A stretch of 64,000 nucleotides of DNA from contig CP154954.1 of assembly GCA_039621445.1 (NCBI GenBank), positions 23,572,954-23,636,953 of the forward strand, written 5' to 3'. The position numbers were made by a program, and so were the translations under genes. Below the pieces are notes generated by a model. That model did not search any database and was not told the origin of the DNA. It worked only from the letters and a program-made list of their open reading frames with translations. Source of the stretch: Euglena gracilis. Taxonomy: Eukaryota. Of the stretch, positions 38,003 to 51,100 are shown piece by piece. Numbering within the stretch: the stretch's first letter is position 1; every line of letters begins with the position of its first letter.

Positions 38003-41000
38003 TCACGGGCCCCGGGCCGCGGCGGCCAGGGCCAGCAGGCCCACGGCGGCCGCCACCCGCTGCAGGGCGGCGACGCGGAACAGGAGGCTGGCGCTGAACA
38101 GCGTCCACCCCGTGAGGGCCTCGGCGAGCCGCAGCCACGGCTGTGCGGGAAGGCGAGGGGCTCACTCTGTTTCGGGATGGGGGTGGGCGGGGTGGGGCAG
38201 GTGGGGGGTTGAGCTCCCCTCCCTCTGCAGGGCTGTACGGGAAGGCCTGGTGGGGGGGGGGGTCGATCCCCGCACCCGCGAAGTCGACCCCTGCCCGCCA
38301 CAACACCCACGCAAGAAAAAATCCTTCGGCACTGAAGGAAAATTTTTGACCTAAAGATTGGCACACTCGGGAATACGAGAAGGCCTGGGGGGTCGAACCC
38401 CCCCCCAACACCCATAGGATTGTGGGGATTCCCGTACAGCCCTGCCCCCTGGTCAAAGGGGACCCTGCCCATCTAAAGCCTGTGACATCCTACTGACGTC
38501 ACCCAAAGGGTGTCAGGGACCCCCATTCATCCCCGGGCGCAGCGTAACGAGGAGGGCGGGGCGGTGGCTGGGCGGGCGCCGCTCCACGCACCGGACGACC
38601 CAGCGGGACCTGCACAGGGGGATTGCTCCAGCGCTGAGGGCAAGCCGACTGGCGGGGGAGGGGGGGGTCCCCTTGGCGAGGGCCCGATGATTTTCTTTGT
38701 CTGTCCCCAAAGGGCGCGTGAAGTCCCGAAGCAACGGTAACCCACCAACATGTTCATGGAAAGATGGGTATTTGCTTGACGTCGGGCCTAACTTTTGCCC
38801 CTAAATAGGCCAATTTTTGGCGCGACGATCCCAACCCTTGAGCTAAAGATATATACAGTGCGGTGCATAAGTTTTTACGATACACTGGGGCAAAAGTCCT
38901 TACGACCCCCGTAAACAGGGGGCTTCTGAGCTGGATAATTCCAGGGGTAAGGGTGCGTGCTGTGTGCTCGTTTGGATTTGTGTGCATTTTTTTTCATGTC
39001 CGCATACCTCCGCGTCCTTTCTCAGATTTACAGAATGCCTTCTCCGCAAAAAAAAAATGCGGCTGAAAGGCGCCGTGAGAAGATTATAGAGCTACACTTG
39101 CTTGGGTGCAACAACTGTGAAATATCCAGGAGGTTTGGCGTAACGGAGGGCTGTGTCCAGTACACAATCAAAAAGTGGAAAGCGGACAATAAGCCTGTGG
39201 ATGCGAAAAATAGTCCAATTGTGAAAGACAAGCCAAGGAGTGGCAGACCTTCAGAAATGACTGCCAGGTTTTGCCATTCCCTTCCTACCCTTTTTTGTAC
39301 CAAAATCTTTTTTCAGGTATCGGCGGAAGATACTCAATGTGGCTCAGAAGCACCCATTTTGGTCTTCCCGTAGAATCGCGGACAGCGTGCACAAACATTT
39401 TGTGAGGGGGTTGTTCAAACCTGTCCAGGCCAAAGAGTCCTGGTGTTCAAGGTTTTGGAGACCGGTAAATTTCATTTCTTCATCCCAGGTCCCCCACAAG
39501 TTTTCTCGGTGGACCGTTCACAGGCTGTTGAAGAATCATGGGTTTTACAGTTGCTGGGCTGCTCACAAGCCTTTGCTGTCTGCCTCCCACATCAACAAGA
39601 GGATGGCTTTCGCCGAAAAGTTTTCTGATTTCAACTGGGAAAGAGTTATTTTTTGCGACGAAAAAATCTTTCGAATTCGACCTGGAGGGCGGGTGCGAGT
39701 TTGGAGGCGTCGTGGGGACCAGGGGTTTTCTTAAGGACCGGGGGGGGGGGGGGGCCAGCCTCCGGCTGGCAAAAAGGCTGCTGGCTGGAAATGAGCTGCT
39801 GGCTGGACCCCAGGGGGGGGTCCGGGGCTGGAGGGGGCTGGGCTGGGCTGGGTCGATGAAAAACAAAACACATTTTTGCATTTTCGACATTTTGATGGAT
39901 GGAGCTAGGTCAAGGCGGACCATAATCAGCCAGTGCAATTTTGACTGGACTTGGGGGGGGGAGGAAGTTTTGTTCAGTAACTGGCAAACAAAACCGTCTT
40001 TGCATTTTTTGGATTTTTGGGAACAAAAATTAAAGCAAGAAAAACCCGTAAGAAGTCTCATTTCCACATCCGCATGAATCGCAGAAGATATATTATTTCC
40101 CAATTGGGGGAGAACTTTGATTGGGGGAGGACTTTGGACCCTCCTCGGGGGGGTCCAGCTGGTGACTTTTAGGCTGCAGCTATTGGAAATCCCAGCCAGC
40201 GGACCTCCCCCCCGGTTTCTCGAAGCTGAGGCCTTATCACAACACTTTAATCGTTGATCACCATCCTTAATCATTTGGTGTTGCAGTGTGATGAAATGTC
40301 GAATTAAATGAAATCAAATGAAAGGGATTAATGGCCAAAAAATAACTCTTATATCGTGCTTCCCAATTTATTCTGGCCTGAATTTTGAAGGGATGCATTC
40401 TATGGGGATTTTGGTGTTTTTGTCCCGCAATCAGGCATTTCTCACAGAAAAGATGATTATTTCTCAGTGCGATATAATTTTATTTCAAGTTCATTGATGC
40501 CCGGTAGTGATTTTTTTCTGGTACTAATTTTTTGACCAGTTTTTTTGCATATTTCGTGATTTTGACTTCCATCCTGATCCTTAATCATCCATTACTCATC
40601 AGGTCTCAGCTTTGGACATCTCCTCTTTCCAGTCTTCCTTCCGTTGGCTTATCTTACCATTTGTTTCATGACGATATCTGGGTGTTGTGCTTGTTTTCCT
40701 GTTGTTTTTATGTTCACTTGGCTCGAGTTGACGCGGTGGTCTCCACCCTGCTCCAATGTCTGAGGGGGCACCACCCCCGTTGGGTGGCCCCCGCCCAATC
40801 CACGTTATCACCTTTTTTGGAGGGGGCGGGGATCAGGTGTCGTTTGAGAAAGATCGCAACCCGGGGCAGGGGACAATTCTGACACACCCAGGGGGTGTTA
40901 GTGCTTTAGCACCCCCCCCCCCCGACACCGAATGGGCCAGGGGCCCAAAAATGGCCAGTTCCAAGAGAGGTTCGTCTGGGTGGGACCCAGACGGAGGGCC

Positions 41001-44000
41001 GTGGCTGGGACCCAAAGCTGTGTGCTCCGGGCAGCAGGGGGGGACCACCCCTTGGTGGACCACACCTTAAAATTCAGCCGGTTCCCCAGAAACTTCATTA
41101 CTGGGAGCAGGGTTTGAAATAGGGCCAGGTGGGGTTGGGGGGGGGGTCCGCCCTTTCAGTAAAGGAGGAGGGGCACCCCATCGCAAAAGCCCCCCCCCCG
41201 GTTTGTTAAAAAGATGCCTTCCTGGGATCCCGTCAGAAACGAAAATTTTCATTCTCGCTCCGTGCCAGTAGATATTTAGGGTTTCTGGATTTTGGGTCTT
41301 TGGAGGGATCCCCCCCCCCAGGCTGAAGGGAGAGACTGCTAAGAGTGACCACCAGATTTTCAAAAACGACGGACTTTGTTTTCCCCGAAAATGGAATGAA
41401 ACTTCCCCTTGGGGGTTGGTAAGCAATGGTGTGATCTACGTGCATCCTGTGTAAATGTATGTATGCAGTATGCATGCGTGGACGTTGAAATATGCACACA
41501 TACAGTGCGGTACATACGTTTTTACGATACACTGGTGCAAAAGTCTTTACGACCCCCAAAATTTTTTTCAACCAAAATGCTTTTCTTACAATATTACAAT
41601 GAAGCGGAATCCATCCACATGATGCATCGACCAGGTGTGCAGCAAGGCAAAGGCAGAGGATCTCTCCAGTGTCTTCTCAGTATTTCGTGTGACTGCCAGC
41701 AGCTGCTCTTACAGCCGCGACACGGTCAGGAAGGGAACGATACAACGACAGAATGGCGGCAGGTGTGATAGCCTCAAAAGCAGCCTTTAAGGCAACCCAT
41801 AGGTCAGATTTGCTATTAAACACACGCCCCTGCAGCTGCTTAGTCACCAATGGCCATACATGTTCATCCGGATTTAGGTCCGGAAACATGGGTGGCCATA
41901 TACCTTGATTGAAAAGCTTCACCTTTTTGTCCTTCAGAAATTTTATGGTTTCCTTTGCCTTATGAATACTCGCTCCGTCTTGTTGGTATGATTTTGTCCT
42001 GAGAAAGGTTCACATGGGTAGGGTTGTGCCAATTAATCGTTTCGGGCTGCTCGAACGATTAATCGCGATTAATCGGGGTGTCTCGGACGATTAATTGGTC
42101 CCTTCCGATTTTTGATAATGAAATCTGCCTGAGAAATTCTAATATCGAACATAGACCATTTCTGTGTGTGCCCGCTGACGAATTTTTGTTTCATTCTCTG
42201 TTGGCAGAACGAAGCTTATTAGGAACTGCTGTATCTTAATCAGAATCGCGCGATGTTTCACGGGCACGTTCGCTGACTCGTTGGCCACTTTTAACAACCG
42301 TTTTCATGGTGTACCAGCAAGTAGTGTGCTATCTGACTGCCTACCCTACCAATTTTTGTTGATTTCAACAAATATTGTGTCTATTGTGGTTTACATCCAC
42401 AATGAACGATTAATCGTCATGGGCCGAACGATTCGATTAATCGGCGATGACAAACGATTAATTAATCGATTAATCGAAACAGCCCTAACATACCTTCGTG
42501 TGATGAATGTGAGCGCAGATTCCAAGAGTCGAATACATGCCTCAGAATTCATTCTGTCGTCACATTTCTTGATGAGATGCTCCCTGTTCTATCGATTCCA
42601 CACCAAACCATGACTCCCAGTGTGCTGTATGTATTTTGCCTTGTACCTGAACTAACGGCAGAAATACGGCAAAGAGGGCAAGGATGTGAAAGATTTTTTA
42701 CCTGTCCCCACCAGGGGTTTTCGTAAGCCGGAGGGTACCCCATCCCCCGGGGGGGTCCAGCCAGCCAGCAGCTCAAATCCAGCCAGCAGCCCAAATTCGG
42801 GCTGGGAGCCCCCCCCCCCCCGGGGGTCAAGTGAAATAAAGTTGGGTCCAGCCGGCCACAGGCCGGCCCAGCCGGCCGAAGGCCGGCCAGCCAATTGGGC
42901 TACCCAGCTCACCTATCCCTGCATTTTTTCCCCTCATCACAGCTTCCTCCATCACAGCACCCCACGGCTGTAGCCCAGAGCAGGGTTGATAGGGGGTGGT
43001 GCGGGTCACGGGGGGTCACGGGGGGGGTCACGGGGGAAGTATGCCACTTTGGAGGTGGTTGGGAGGCAGCATCCATGTTGTTGCATCCCATCACGAGAAG
43101 GGCTGCACGCATCACAAAATCGGTGATTTTTGGGTCCAAAAAGCAATCATTTTTGGCCATTTTTGGGGCATTTTTTTTGAACAAAAAATGCCTTTTGGTT
43201 TGAAAATGGTCATTTTTGGGTGATTTTTATGTCCAAAATTGGTCATTTTTTCATTTTTTTGAAAAGGAATTTTGTTAGGATTTCCTTGACCGTTACATTT
43301 TTTGGGATGCATTTTGGGCCATTTTTGAAAAAAAGGCCCAAAATGGCTATTTTTGAAGCGGGAAAAAATAGCCAAAAAATTCTGTTTTGGTTGCAGAAAT
43401 GCACCAATTTTTGGCACTTTTTTGGGGGGGACAAGATTTTTGGCCATTTTTGGGTGTGGAGGTGCGTTGGACGTTGGGTGCCAAAAAGGGGTTTGGTTGT
43501 CCAAATGGAAGGTGGGGTGAAGACAATTCTTTTCTGTTTTTGGGGGGGTTTTCTTCCACAAAAATTTCATGTTTCCCCTCCCCCCTTTTTGCCATGAAAT
43601 TCTTTCCTACTTGCGCAATCTCCCCTTTTGCCAATGTTTTGGGTCAAATTCATATGGCAAAGAAGCGCCATTGTTTGGGTCGAAAATTTTTTCACCTCAA
43701 ATCTTGGCATTTCTTTCCATTTTTAGACCATGTCAAGGCAAATTTTCGATGGTTTGAACCAGAAAATTGATGAAAAGCGACCAAAAACGCCACCTACATC
43801 AAAAAGCAGGCTGAAATGATGAATGAAAAGAAAGGCTGAAGTGATGAAGGTTGATGCATTGTATGAAAATTGAAGGCTCGATTCTCGGGTCACGGGCGGG
43901 TCACGGGGGGGGGGGTCACGGGGGTAGCACCCCCATAAAAGGCAGGTGGGGGGGTCGCCCCCCCCCCTCTGGACCAGGAGGGGGGGGGGGTGGGCGGGGG

Positions 44001-44620
44001 GGGGTGGGCGCCCCCCCCACCTAAACAGTGGCGTGGTCCGGGTGACCAATTTTCAGCCCGGCACGAAGCACTGGGCGGAAAAATTTTGCCCCCCCCCCCA
44101 AACGGCCAAAAATGCCATTTTGCTCACTTTTTGGGCAAAACTTTGTCAAAAATGCAAAAAAAATCAGTGCAAAACACCCGAAGGAAAAATCTTGACCTTT
44201 TCGGGGGGGGTCCGCCCCCCTGGGTCGGTCTATACCTCCCTTGGCAGTGGGGGGGGGGGGGTTCGCGGACCCCCTCTTCTCGTCCAGGAGGGGAGGGGTG
44301 GGGGGGGACACCCCCCACCTAAAACCCGTGCGCCCTCCTTATATCGAACCCCGGGGTATTCATAACATAGCAAATATTACATATGTTTGTGGGGTTGGGG
44401 AAAAGATTTCATCCTGTTTATTGCATGCCAATATTTCATCAATGTTTCTTGCCACCACACCTACAGAGCGGCCAGGGCACCCCTATCCGCTCAAACATCT
44501 GACCAACGTGAAGCAACACCGGCAAGTGAGGCACACCAACACCAACACGCAGTGCGGGGTCCAGCCAGCTCCCAGCGGCGGCTCCTATGGTTCGTAGTAG
44601 CAGGTGAAGCACGACCCCCG
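38003..44620 (-). CDS. 3' exons of a probable membrane protein (5' exons not resolved)
   Basis: Exons ~44461-44620 (VVLHLLLRTIG...WPLCR, donor GTGTGG, phase 2), 38549-38609 (SRWVVRCVERR, phase 2 acceptor), and 38003-38140 (RLAEALTGWTLFSASLLFRVAALQRVAAAVGLLALAAAARGP*). GC3-rich and hydrophobic. Confidence 0.5.
38228..38444. mobile_element. MITE with TIR CAGGGCTGTACGGGAA (same ends as the intron at 31291-32137)
   Basis: Perfect 16-bp TIR. A shorter relative at 23483-23562 has flanks GTCCCAGC / GCCTCAGC. Confidence 0.8.
38856..39719 (+). mobile_element. Tc1/mariner element, left half (TIR, HTH domains, first catalytic D)
   Basis: TA + CAGTGCGGTGCATAAGTTTTTACGATACACTG. ATG ~39036 (MPSPQKK...EISRRFGV...PRSGRP). 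GT-AG intron ~39268-39317. KPLLS...WERVIFCDEK. Interrupted after RRRGD. Confidence 0.92.
41503..42711 (-). mobile_element. Tc1/mariner element, right half, inverted (DD37E catalytic region and TIR)
   Basis: Minus strand: GVMVWCGI (~42600), QQDGASIH...WPPMFPDLNPDEHVW...GSHTKY* (42000-41677). The TIR preceded by TA at 41503 is in the same + orientation as the left TIR. A frameshift/stop near 42550 suggests inactivity. Confidence 0.9.
42019..42487. mobile_element. MITE in a transposase intron
   Basis: Ends TAGGGTTGT / ACAGCCCTA with CGATTAATCG subterminal palindromes. It lies between donor AAG|GTATGT and acceptor TCTCAG| on the minus strand. Confidence 0.7.
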
Positions 44621-47600
44621 CAGTGATGAAGAGGATGTTATGTGTCGGTTTCAGAAGGAACCGCGAAACAAACACGCACACACGCACGCACACACGCACA
44701 CACGCATGCACGCACGCACGCATGAGCATAGGGTTCCACCGAAATTGTTTCGCAAATGACAACACAAGACCTTAAAAAAAGGAAAAGTTCCATTGGCCTC
44801 ATGTTGCCACCGGTGGTCTGGTCTTCAGAGCAGCCAATAACTGTTTTGAGCAATGTTCGTCGTTGGGTGCCTGTGCACCGAGTTGTGAAGGCAAAACATC
44901 ACTTTGCAGGGGTCATTGGTTTCTACATGATACAACAATTACTTTAACTGCTTCGAAATAGAAATGCCTCAAACCAGGAGCTCCGAAGCAGCCAATTTAA
45001 AAAATCAAAAACCTTAGAGAACAGATGGTTGAGGAAAGCATGAAAGACCTGTTCCTGCATCGCAATAGTGCAGCCGAAACAGAAACATCTCGTTGCAACT
45101 GCGCTGGGTTTCATGCACGAACCGGCCGAAAAAAAAAAGAAGCGAAGACCACAAAATAGATATGTCAGCAACGATGATACGGTGCAAATAACTAGCCAGT
45201 TACTCAATTAATCTAATTGGGTGATTCTGAGAATATACACATTCCAAGAACATATATATGTTTCCAGCGGGGGTATTAATTATTTGTACACCCCAAATAT
45301 TTGAGAGTAATGCTGCACTGCTACATGGGGCAGGAGTGTGCCAGTGTGCACAAACCATCGTCATGCCCCACGGGCTGGGGAGGCTTTGTGACACCACCCA
45401 CAAAATTGACAAATATTCAATGCCTTTACTGTAAACATACAGGTTCTGAATGAGAATACCTTTTGTAGCAATAATAGGATTCCACAAGAAGAATACAATG
45501 GAGGCTAGGCGCGGTCCGGGACCCCCCTCCCCCCCCCCCTGTACAGTTCCAACCCCCCCCTCCCGGGACCCCCCCCCTCCCCCCCACTTCCAACCCCCCC
45601 GAGACAGATGAAGTTTCTTTTTCTTCAAAAAAACGGCTTGTTTTTTTTTAAAACAAAAAAAACATGCTTTTTTTTCAGGGGGTGGTGCGGGTCGCGGGGG
45701 GGTCATGGGGGGGGGGGGTCACGGGGGAGGGGGGGGGTCACGGGGGAAGTATGACACTTTGCAGGTAGCCGGGAGGCAACATCCATGACGTGGCATCGTG
45801 ATAAAATTGGTCTTTTTTTGAAAAGGGAATTTTGTTAGGATTTTCTTGACCAACACGTTTTTGGGATGAAGGTTGGGCCATTTTGACAAAATTCCGTTTT
45901 GGGTGGGGAAATGCACCAGTTTTTGGCACTTCTTTCAGGGGAAAAGATTTTTGGCCATTTTTGGGTGTGAAGGTGCATTGGGCGGACAAGGATACATGAA
46001 AGTTCATTGTTTTTTTTTAAAAAAATGCTTTTAGGGGGAGCACACGGCTGGCCAACGGCTGGCCGACGGCGTGACGGAAGCCGGGTCCTGTCGTTGAGCT
46101 TTTGTTGAGTTGCAAATGCCTAATTTGGTGTGCCTGTTCCAAATTTTGGAAGGCAAAATCCTAATTTGGTGTGCCAATTCCTAATTTTGAGGTGCAAATT
46201 CCTATTTTCGTGTGTATATTCCTAATTTTGAGTGGCAAATGCCTAATTTTGGGTGTAAAGTGGTACTCCCAAATTTGATTTGATTTGAGTGGTAATCCCA
46301 AATTTGGTGTGCCAATGCCTTATTTTGAGCGGTAAATTCCTAATGAGTGAAAGGGTTCCTAGTTTGAGGGGATTTGGTGGGCCAGTTCCTAACTTTGAGT
46401 GATCAATGCCTAATTTGGGGTGCAAAGCCCTACAAGAGGGGTTACTTTGGGCAATTTTTAGTCACTTGAAACCGTTCCACACAAAATTTGAGCCTTTTTT
46501 CGTCCATTATAGGCATTTTTTCGTCAGTTCGTGGAAATTGGACCACCAACTGAGCAATTTTTAGTCATTCGACTAATTTGTAGGAAAAAATCTTCACAAT
46601 AACTATAGAATGACCCAAAAATAGGCTGAAATGGTCAAAATTGGTCAAAAAAATCCCAAAATTGTCAAAATTGACAAAAATTGACGAAAAATGACTTCAA
46701 ATGGGCAAAAATGCAGCCTCCACCAACGATGAACATGACCTGACGGGAGATTTGCGGCGAAATAGTTTTTGTATTGTCGAGCTTATGGCTCGGGTCATTT
46801 TCCTGTGAGTCACACGGCTGGCCGACGGCTGGCCGACGGCTGGCCGACGGCGTGCTCCCCCTTAAAAAAGAATGGCGAAGGATCGATTCTCGGGTCACGG
46901 GGGGGTCACGGGGGTGTAACTGGGGGGGGGGGGGCACGGGGGTAGTACCCCCTAAGAAAAAATATGGTTTTTTAAAAAAAACCTCATGGGGGTTTGGGGG
47001 AATTTTTTCTTGAAACTTTTTTTTACAAAAAAGGTCTTTTTTCATCTCTGCATCTTCGTAGTCCGTTAAAGGTGCTGGAAAAACTAAAAATACGTCACTT
47101 TTGATGACCAAAAAAGTGACCTTAAAACCTTTTCCTCAAAAAAAAAATGGCCATTTCGCAAGGAAAAAGGTCAAATTTTGCTTTTTTAAAAAAGAAAACA
47201 TGTTTTGTGTGTTTTTTTTTGGAAAAAAAACATATTTTTTGTTCTTTGTTGAAAAACAAAAAAACGTCAACCCTGGCTCAATTACGCATGTTGTGCCAAG
47301 GGGGAGTGATTGAAGCTGCTTCCTGCCTTTCTGCTAAGTGTTTAAAGTGAAAATACTGGCTACCACTCTTTTTACAAGACACAAATATTTTGCAAAATGT
47401 ATCTGAATTTCGCAAAATCCATCATTACATTGGACGAAAAATGTCGCAACTGTCTCGGGGGTAGGCAGTACAGTTGTGATTTTCTGGGGACCCCCCCCCC
47501 TCCCCCCAACCTGTACAGCTTCCAACCCCCCCCTCGGACCCCCCCCTCCCCCCCCTGTGCCTTGTCTCCGATTGGTCGTCAAAACCAATGCTCATTGGGG

Positions 47601-48125
47601 ACGGCAATGGGAATGACGGCATCGGCATCCCGGTCAGTGGCATTGGTGGCGCAGTGGGTTGCGGAACCACAAATGGCAATGGTGGTAGCAATTGTGTCCC
47701 CCAGGCTGCAGCGTGCTGAGAAAATGCTTGTGGATCCAAAACTGGCAGTGTTGGCAGTGGAAACAGTGGTGAAGGTGGTGGCAAACCTGAGACACAACTT
47801 AAAAAAATGTGTTGAGCGAGAAACGTTGTCACAGACACACCAGGAAATGGAAGCATGGGGAACATCATTGTTTCCCATGCTTGTGGAGCAGCCATATGCA
47901 ACAGCTGTGAACACAACGCCAAAGAATCTTGCGATAATGGAGGTTGTGTGGGCCATTGCAGGGGCAGTGGACCTGTGACATTTTTTTGGGGTTGCATATT
48001 TCACCAAAGTTTCACCAAACCTGCTCCAGCATCCGCTTCGGCGATGAAGATTGTGTTTGAAGATGACGCCCCGGACAGATCTGTCAAATTTTCAGAAACA
48101 AATATGTTCAATAACAAAAAAAATA
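44325..48125. repeat. Segmental duplication, copy 1 (~3.8 kb)
   Basis: Nearly identical, in direct orientation, to 55839-61205 excluding the insertion in that copy. Confidence 0.95.
46034..46861. mobile_element. PIF/Harbinger-like (Tourist-type) MITE
   Basis: TIR GGGGGAGCAC / GTGCTCCCCC with TTA on both sides. Internal CCTAATTTTG repeats. Further copies at 59119-59942 and 62704-63919. Confidence 0.8.
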
Positions 48126-51100
48126 CCATCAGAGAAAAGTCTTCGCCGAACTCCTGTCATAACGAGTGTTTTCAATGAAATTTTCTTTTTGCTTTTTTTG
48201 ATGTTTTTTTAATGTTTCTTTTTAAGAAAAACACGTTGTTTTTTTAAAAAAAAATCAAAAAAATGCCCACTATGCCCCTCCCCCTGGGGGGGGGGATGGG
48301 GTCAGGTGTCCCCCAATTGGAAAAAAAAGGCCCTTCGGCGCTGCGCGCTGAGGTGGAAATCAGGGTTTTGATATTTTTTTTTGGCTGATTTTGCTCCCCC
48401 CTCAAAGTGGCCATTTTCTCTTGGCGCCGAAGGCGCCAAAGCCCCAAAATTGACCCCCCCCAAAGTCCTTTGTTTCTGCATCATTGGGATGTTTCAGGGT
48501 CCAAATACTGTGAACACAGTTTTCTTGGTCGGAGTCCGTGTTTAGAAACACAGACTTAGGTCAAAGTCTGTGTTTCTAAACACGGACTCCGGCACGTCAA
48601 AGTCTGTGTTTAGAAACACAGACTTTGACCAAAGCCATGTTGCTATAAACACACCCGTAATTGCAGCCGGGCTGCCCAAAAAAGTGCGGAGCGTGGCCCA
48701 GATATTTCGGGGGGGGGGGGCTGCCCAAAAAAAGTACAGAGCGTGGCCGAGATATTTGGGGGGGGGGGCAAAAAAAAGCACGGAGCGTGGCCTGTAATTA
48801 TCAGCCGGGCCGTTCAAAAAAAGTGCGGAGCAGCCCAAATATTTCGTGGTGGGGGGCTGCGCTGCCCAAAAAAAGTATGCAGCGTGGTCCGTCATTTTCA
48901 GCTGGGCTGCCCAGGGGAAAAAGCGTGGATTGTTGCCCTAAATTCTCAGCTGGCTGCCCAAAAAAAGTACGGAGCGTGGCCCAGAACGGAGTGGCTTCCC
49001 CAAAAAAGTACGGATCGTGGCCCAGATATTTTTGGGGGGGGGCAAAAAGTACGAAGCGTTCCCTGCAATTTTCAGCGGCCCAGGTATTTCAGGGGGGGGG
49101 CTGCCCCGAAAAAGTACGGAACACGGCCCAAACCAATGTTTGAAGCTGGTGAAAACCCAGCTGTGAATCGAACATGTGACGGCAACCCACACCAGGCCAC
49201 ACGAACACACCGGGTGTAACTTCTCCAAGGGGGGTTGGTACTTGGTACGCCGTGGCGAGGGGGTCCGAATAGGGGGGGAGAGGGGGGGTAAATGGCGTGG
49301 CCCCGTGGAGAGGTCCCACGGTCAATTAGGGGGGGGGGAGGTGGTATCACAAATTGTTTGGATGGTTGGGCCAAAATGGGCTGTGTGACATTTTTGATGA
49401 TGTTATTTGTGGACCATTGGGCATCAGACATTGCCATGGGGGTGGGCCGGGTCACGGGGGGGTCACGGGGGGGGGTCACGGGGGGGTCACGGGGACGACA
49501 CCCCCCCATGATGCATCCAGTGGCACACCGTGGTGGGCACTGGAAGGGAATGTACCTCGTTCTTGAATGGTGCAACTTGCATTTGGCCATGAAAAAAGCA
49601 TGCTGTGGGGAGAAGACGGTGGAGGATGCGACATTCAGCACGGCGGCTGCTTCGAACCACGCCTCAGGTGGTGCTGCTCCTCACCCCTCCCCGGAACCGA
49701 GGCAGCCCGTCACTTCTCCAAGCTGATTCCTTTGTTCCAATGAATGATCTGTTTCAAAATGAAATTCTTGGGGCCTGTGAACTGAACGTGAAATTGATTC
49801 ACCACACCCTCCCTCTTATTGAGCACACCCAAAATGCTCAATTAAGGGGGGGTCAAATAAGGGGGGGGGGTAAAAATTGGCTTCGAGAGAGGTCAAAAAA
49901 AAAATTGGTGCCTTCGGCACCTTAAAATTTATTCCCGGACCCAAATGCTCAATTAAGGGGGGGAATTAAGGGGGGGGGTCGTGGTACCCAGTTAGTTTCC
50001 CCCCAGACCAACAAAGCCAACCAAGCCAAGGGACCTGAAGTGCTTCTTTTTGTGAGATGGTGACCACTGGATTCGACAGCAGGCAATGGTAGCAATTGGG
50101 CTGAGTTTGCTGATTGCAATCTGTGGGTATTTTTTGGTAAGGTGGGACACAGAATGCCCTGTGGGTAAGGAGGTTGCAATTGGTCACCACGTGAACCAAA
50201 TCACAGTAATAGCAATGAGGAAGGTTCTCAGTGGCAATGAAAACCGGATCGTGACTGAAGTGGAGTTTCCTCGTCCTGTCTATCTTCAATTCACTGAAAT
50301 TCTGAAAACCCCTTGAGGGGGACGTCGGGAAAATTCCCAACCACAAGAAGACCCAGGGGGATGCTGTGCCAAATTTCCCAATCGTAATTGTAGAATACGA
50401 TTTGGGGGGGAGCAAAATGCTGTAAATTACCGAGTTGAAATTATTGGTTTTAATGATGTTAATGCCAAGCTTGTGTGTTTGGCAATTAATTTTTGCTTTA
50501 TTTTGCTGCATATTTTTTCTTTTGCTTCACATGATGGGCATTGCTGCCCCTGTGACCACCCCAGCAGTGTGCGCGGAAAAATTTCCCAGGTGTTCAAAAG
50601 CTTCTACGTGACCCCTGATTTCCAGGGGGGTGCTCAACCTTGATTTCCAGGGGGGGGCAAAAAACACTTCATGTGAACCCTGATTTTTGGTTAGGCAGGG
50701 GCAAAAGAATCCTGGTCGTGACCCTTGATTTTCAGGACATCTGCCCCCCCCCCCAAAAGCCCGGTGTTGAACCCTGATCTTCAGGGGCTGACACAAAAAA
50801 ATCCCGGCTATCAACCCTGATATTCATGGTCTCCCTAAATTTGGCGCGGCAGTCCCTGAACCCTAATTTTCAGGACCCCCCCAAAAAACTGATTGTGAAC
50901 CCTTTTTAGGGGGGGGGGGGGGTGCTCCCAAAGCCTGGCCATGAACCCTGATTTTCAGGGGGGCCCTCCAATGATGATTTTTAGGGGTGCGGGCTGCTCC
51001 AAAAAGCCTGGCCAGGCCCTTCACCCTGACTTCCAGTGGGGACTGTCCAAAAGTTAATCCTGGTTTTGTTTGTCTGACAGTTGGGCAGAGAGAGGTGCAG

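Noticed and set aside
38003-44620. Naming the membrane protein as TMEM33/Pom33-like
   Set aside because: Only a loose pattern resemblance, so left unnamed.
47425-47997. 190-aa Pro-rich ORF (duplicated at 60451-61077)
   Set aside because: No recognisable domain, codon usage unlike the host exons, and no splice model. It may be exonic in part, but I cannot support that.
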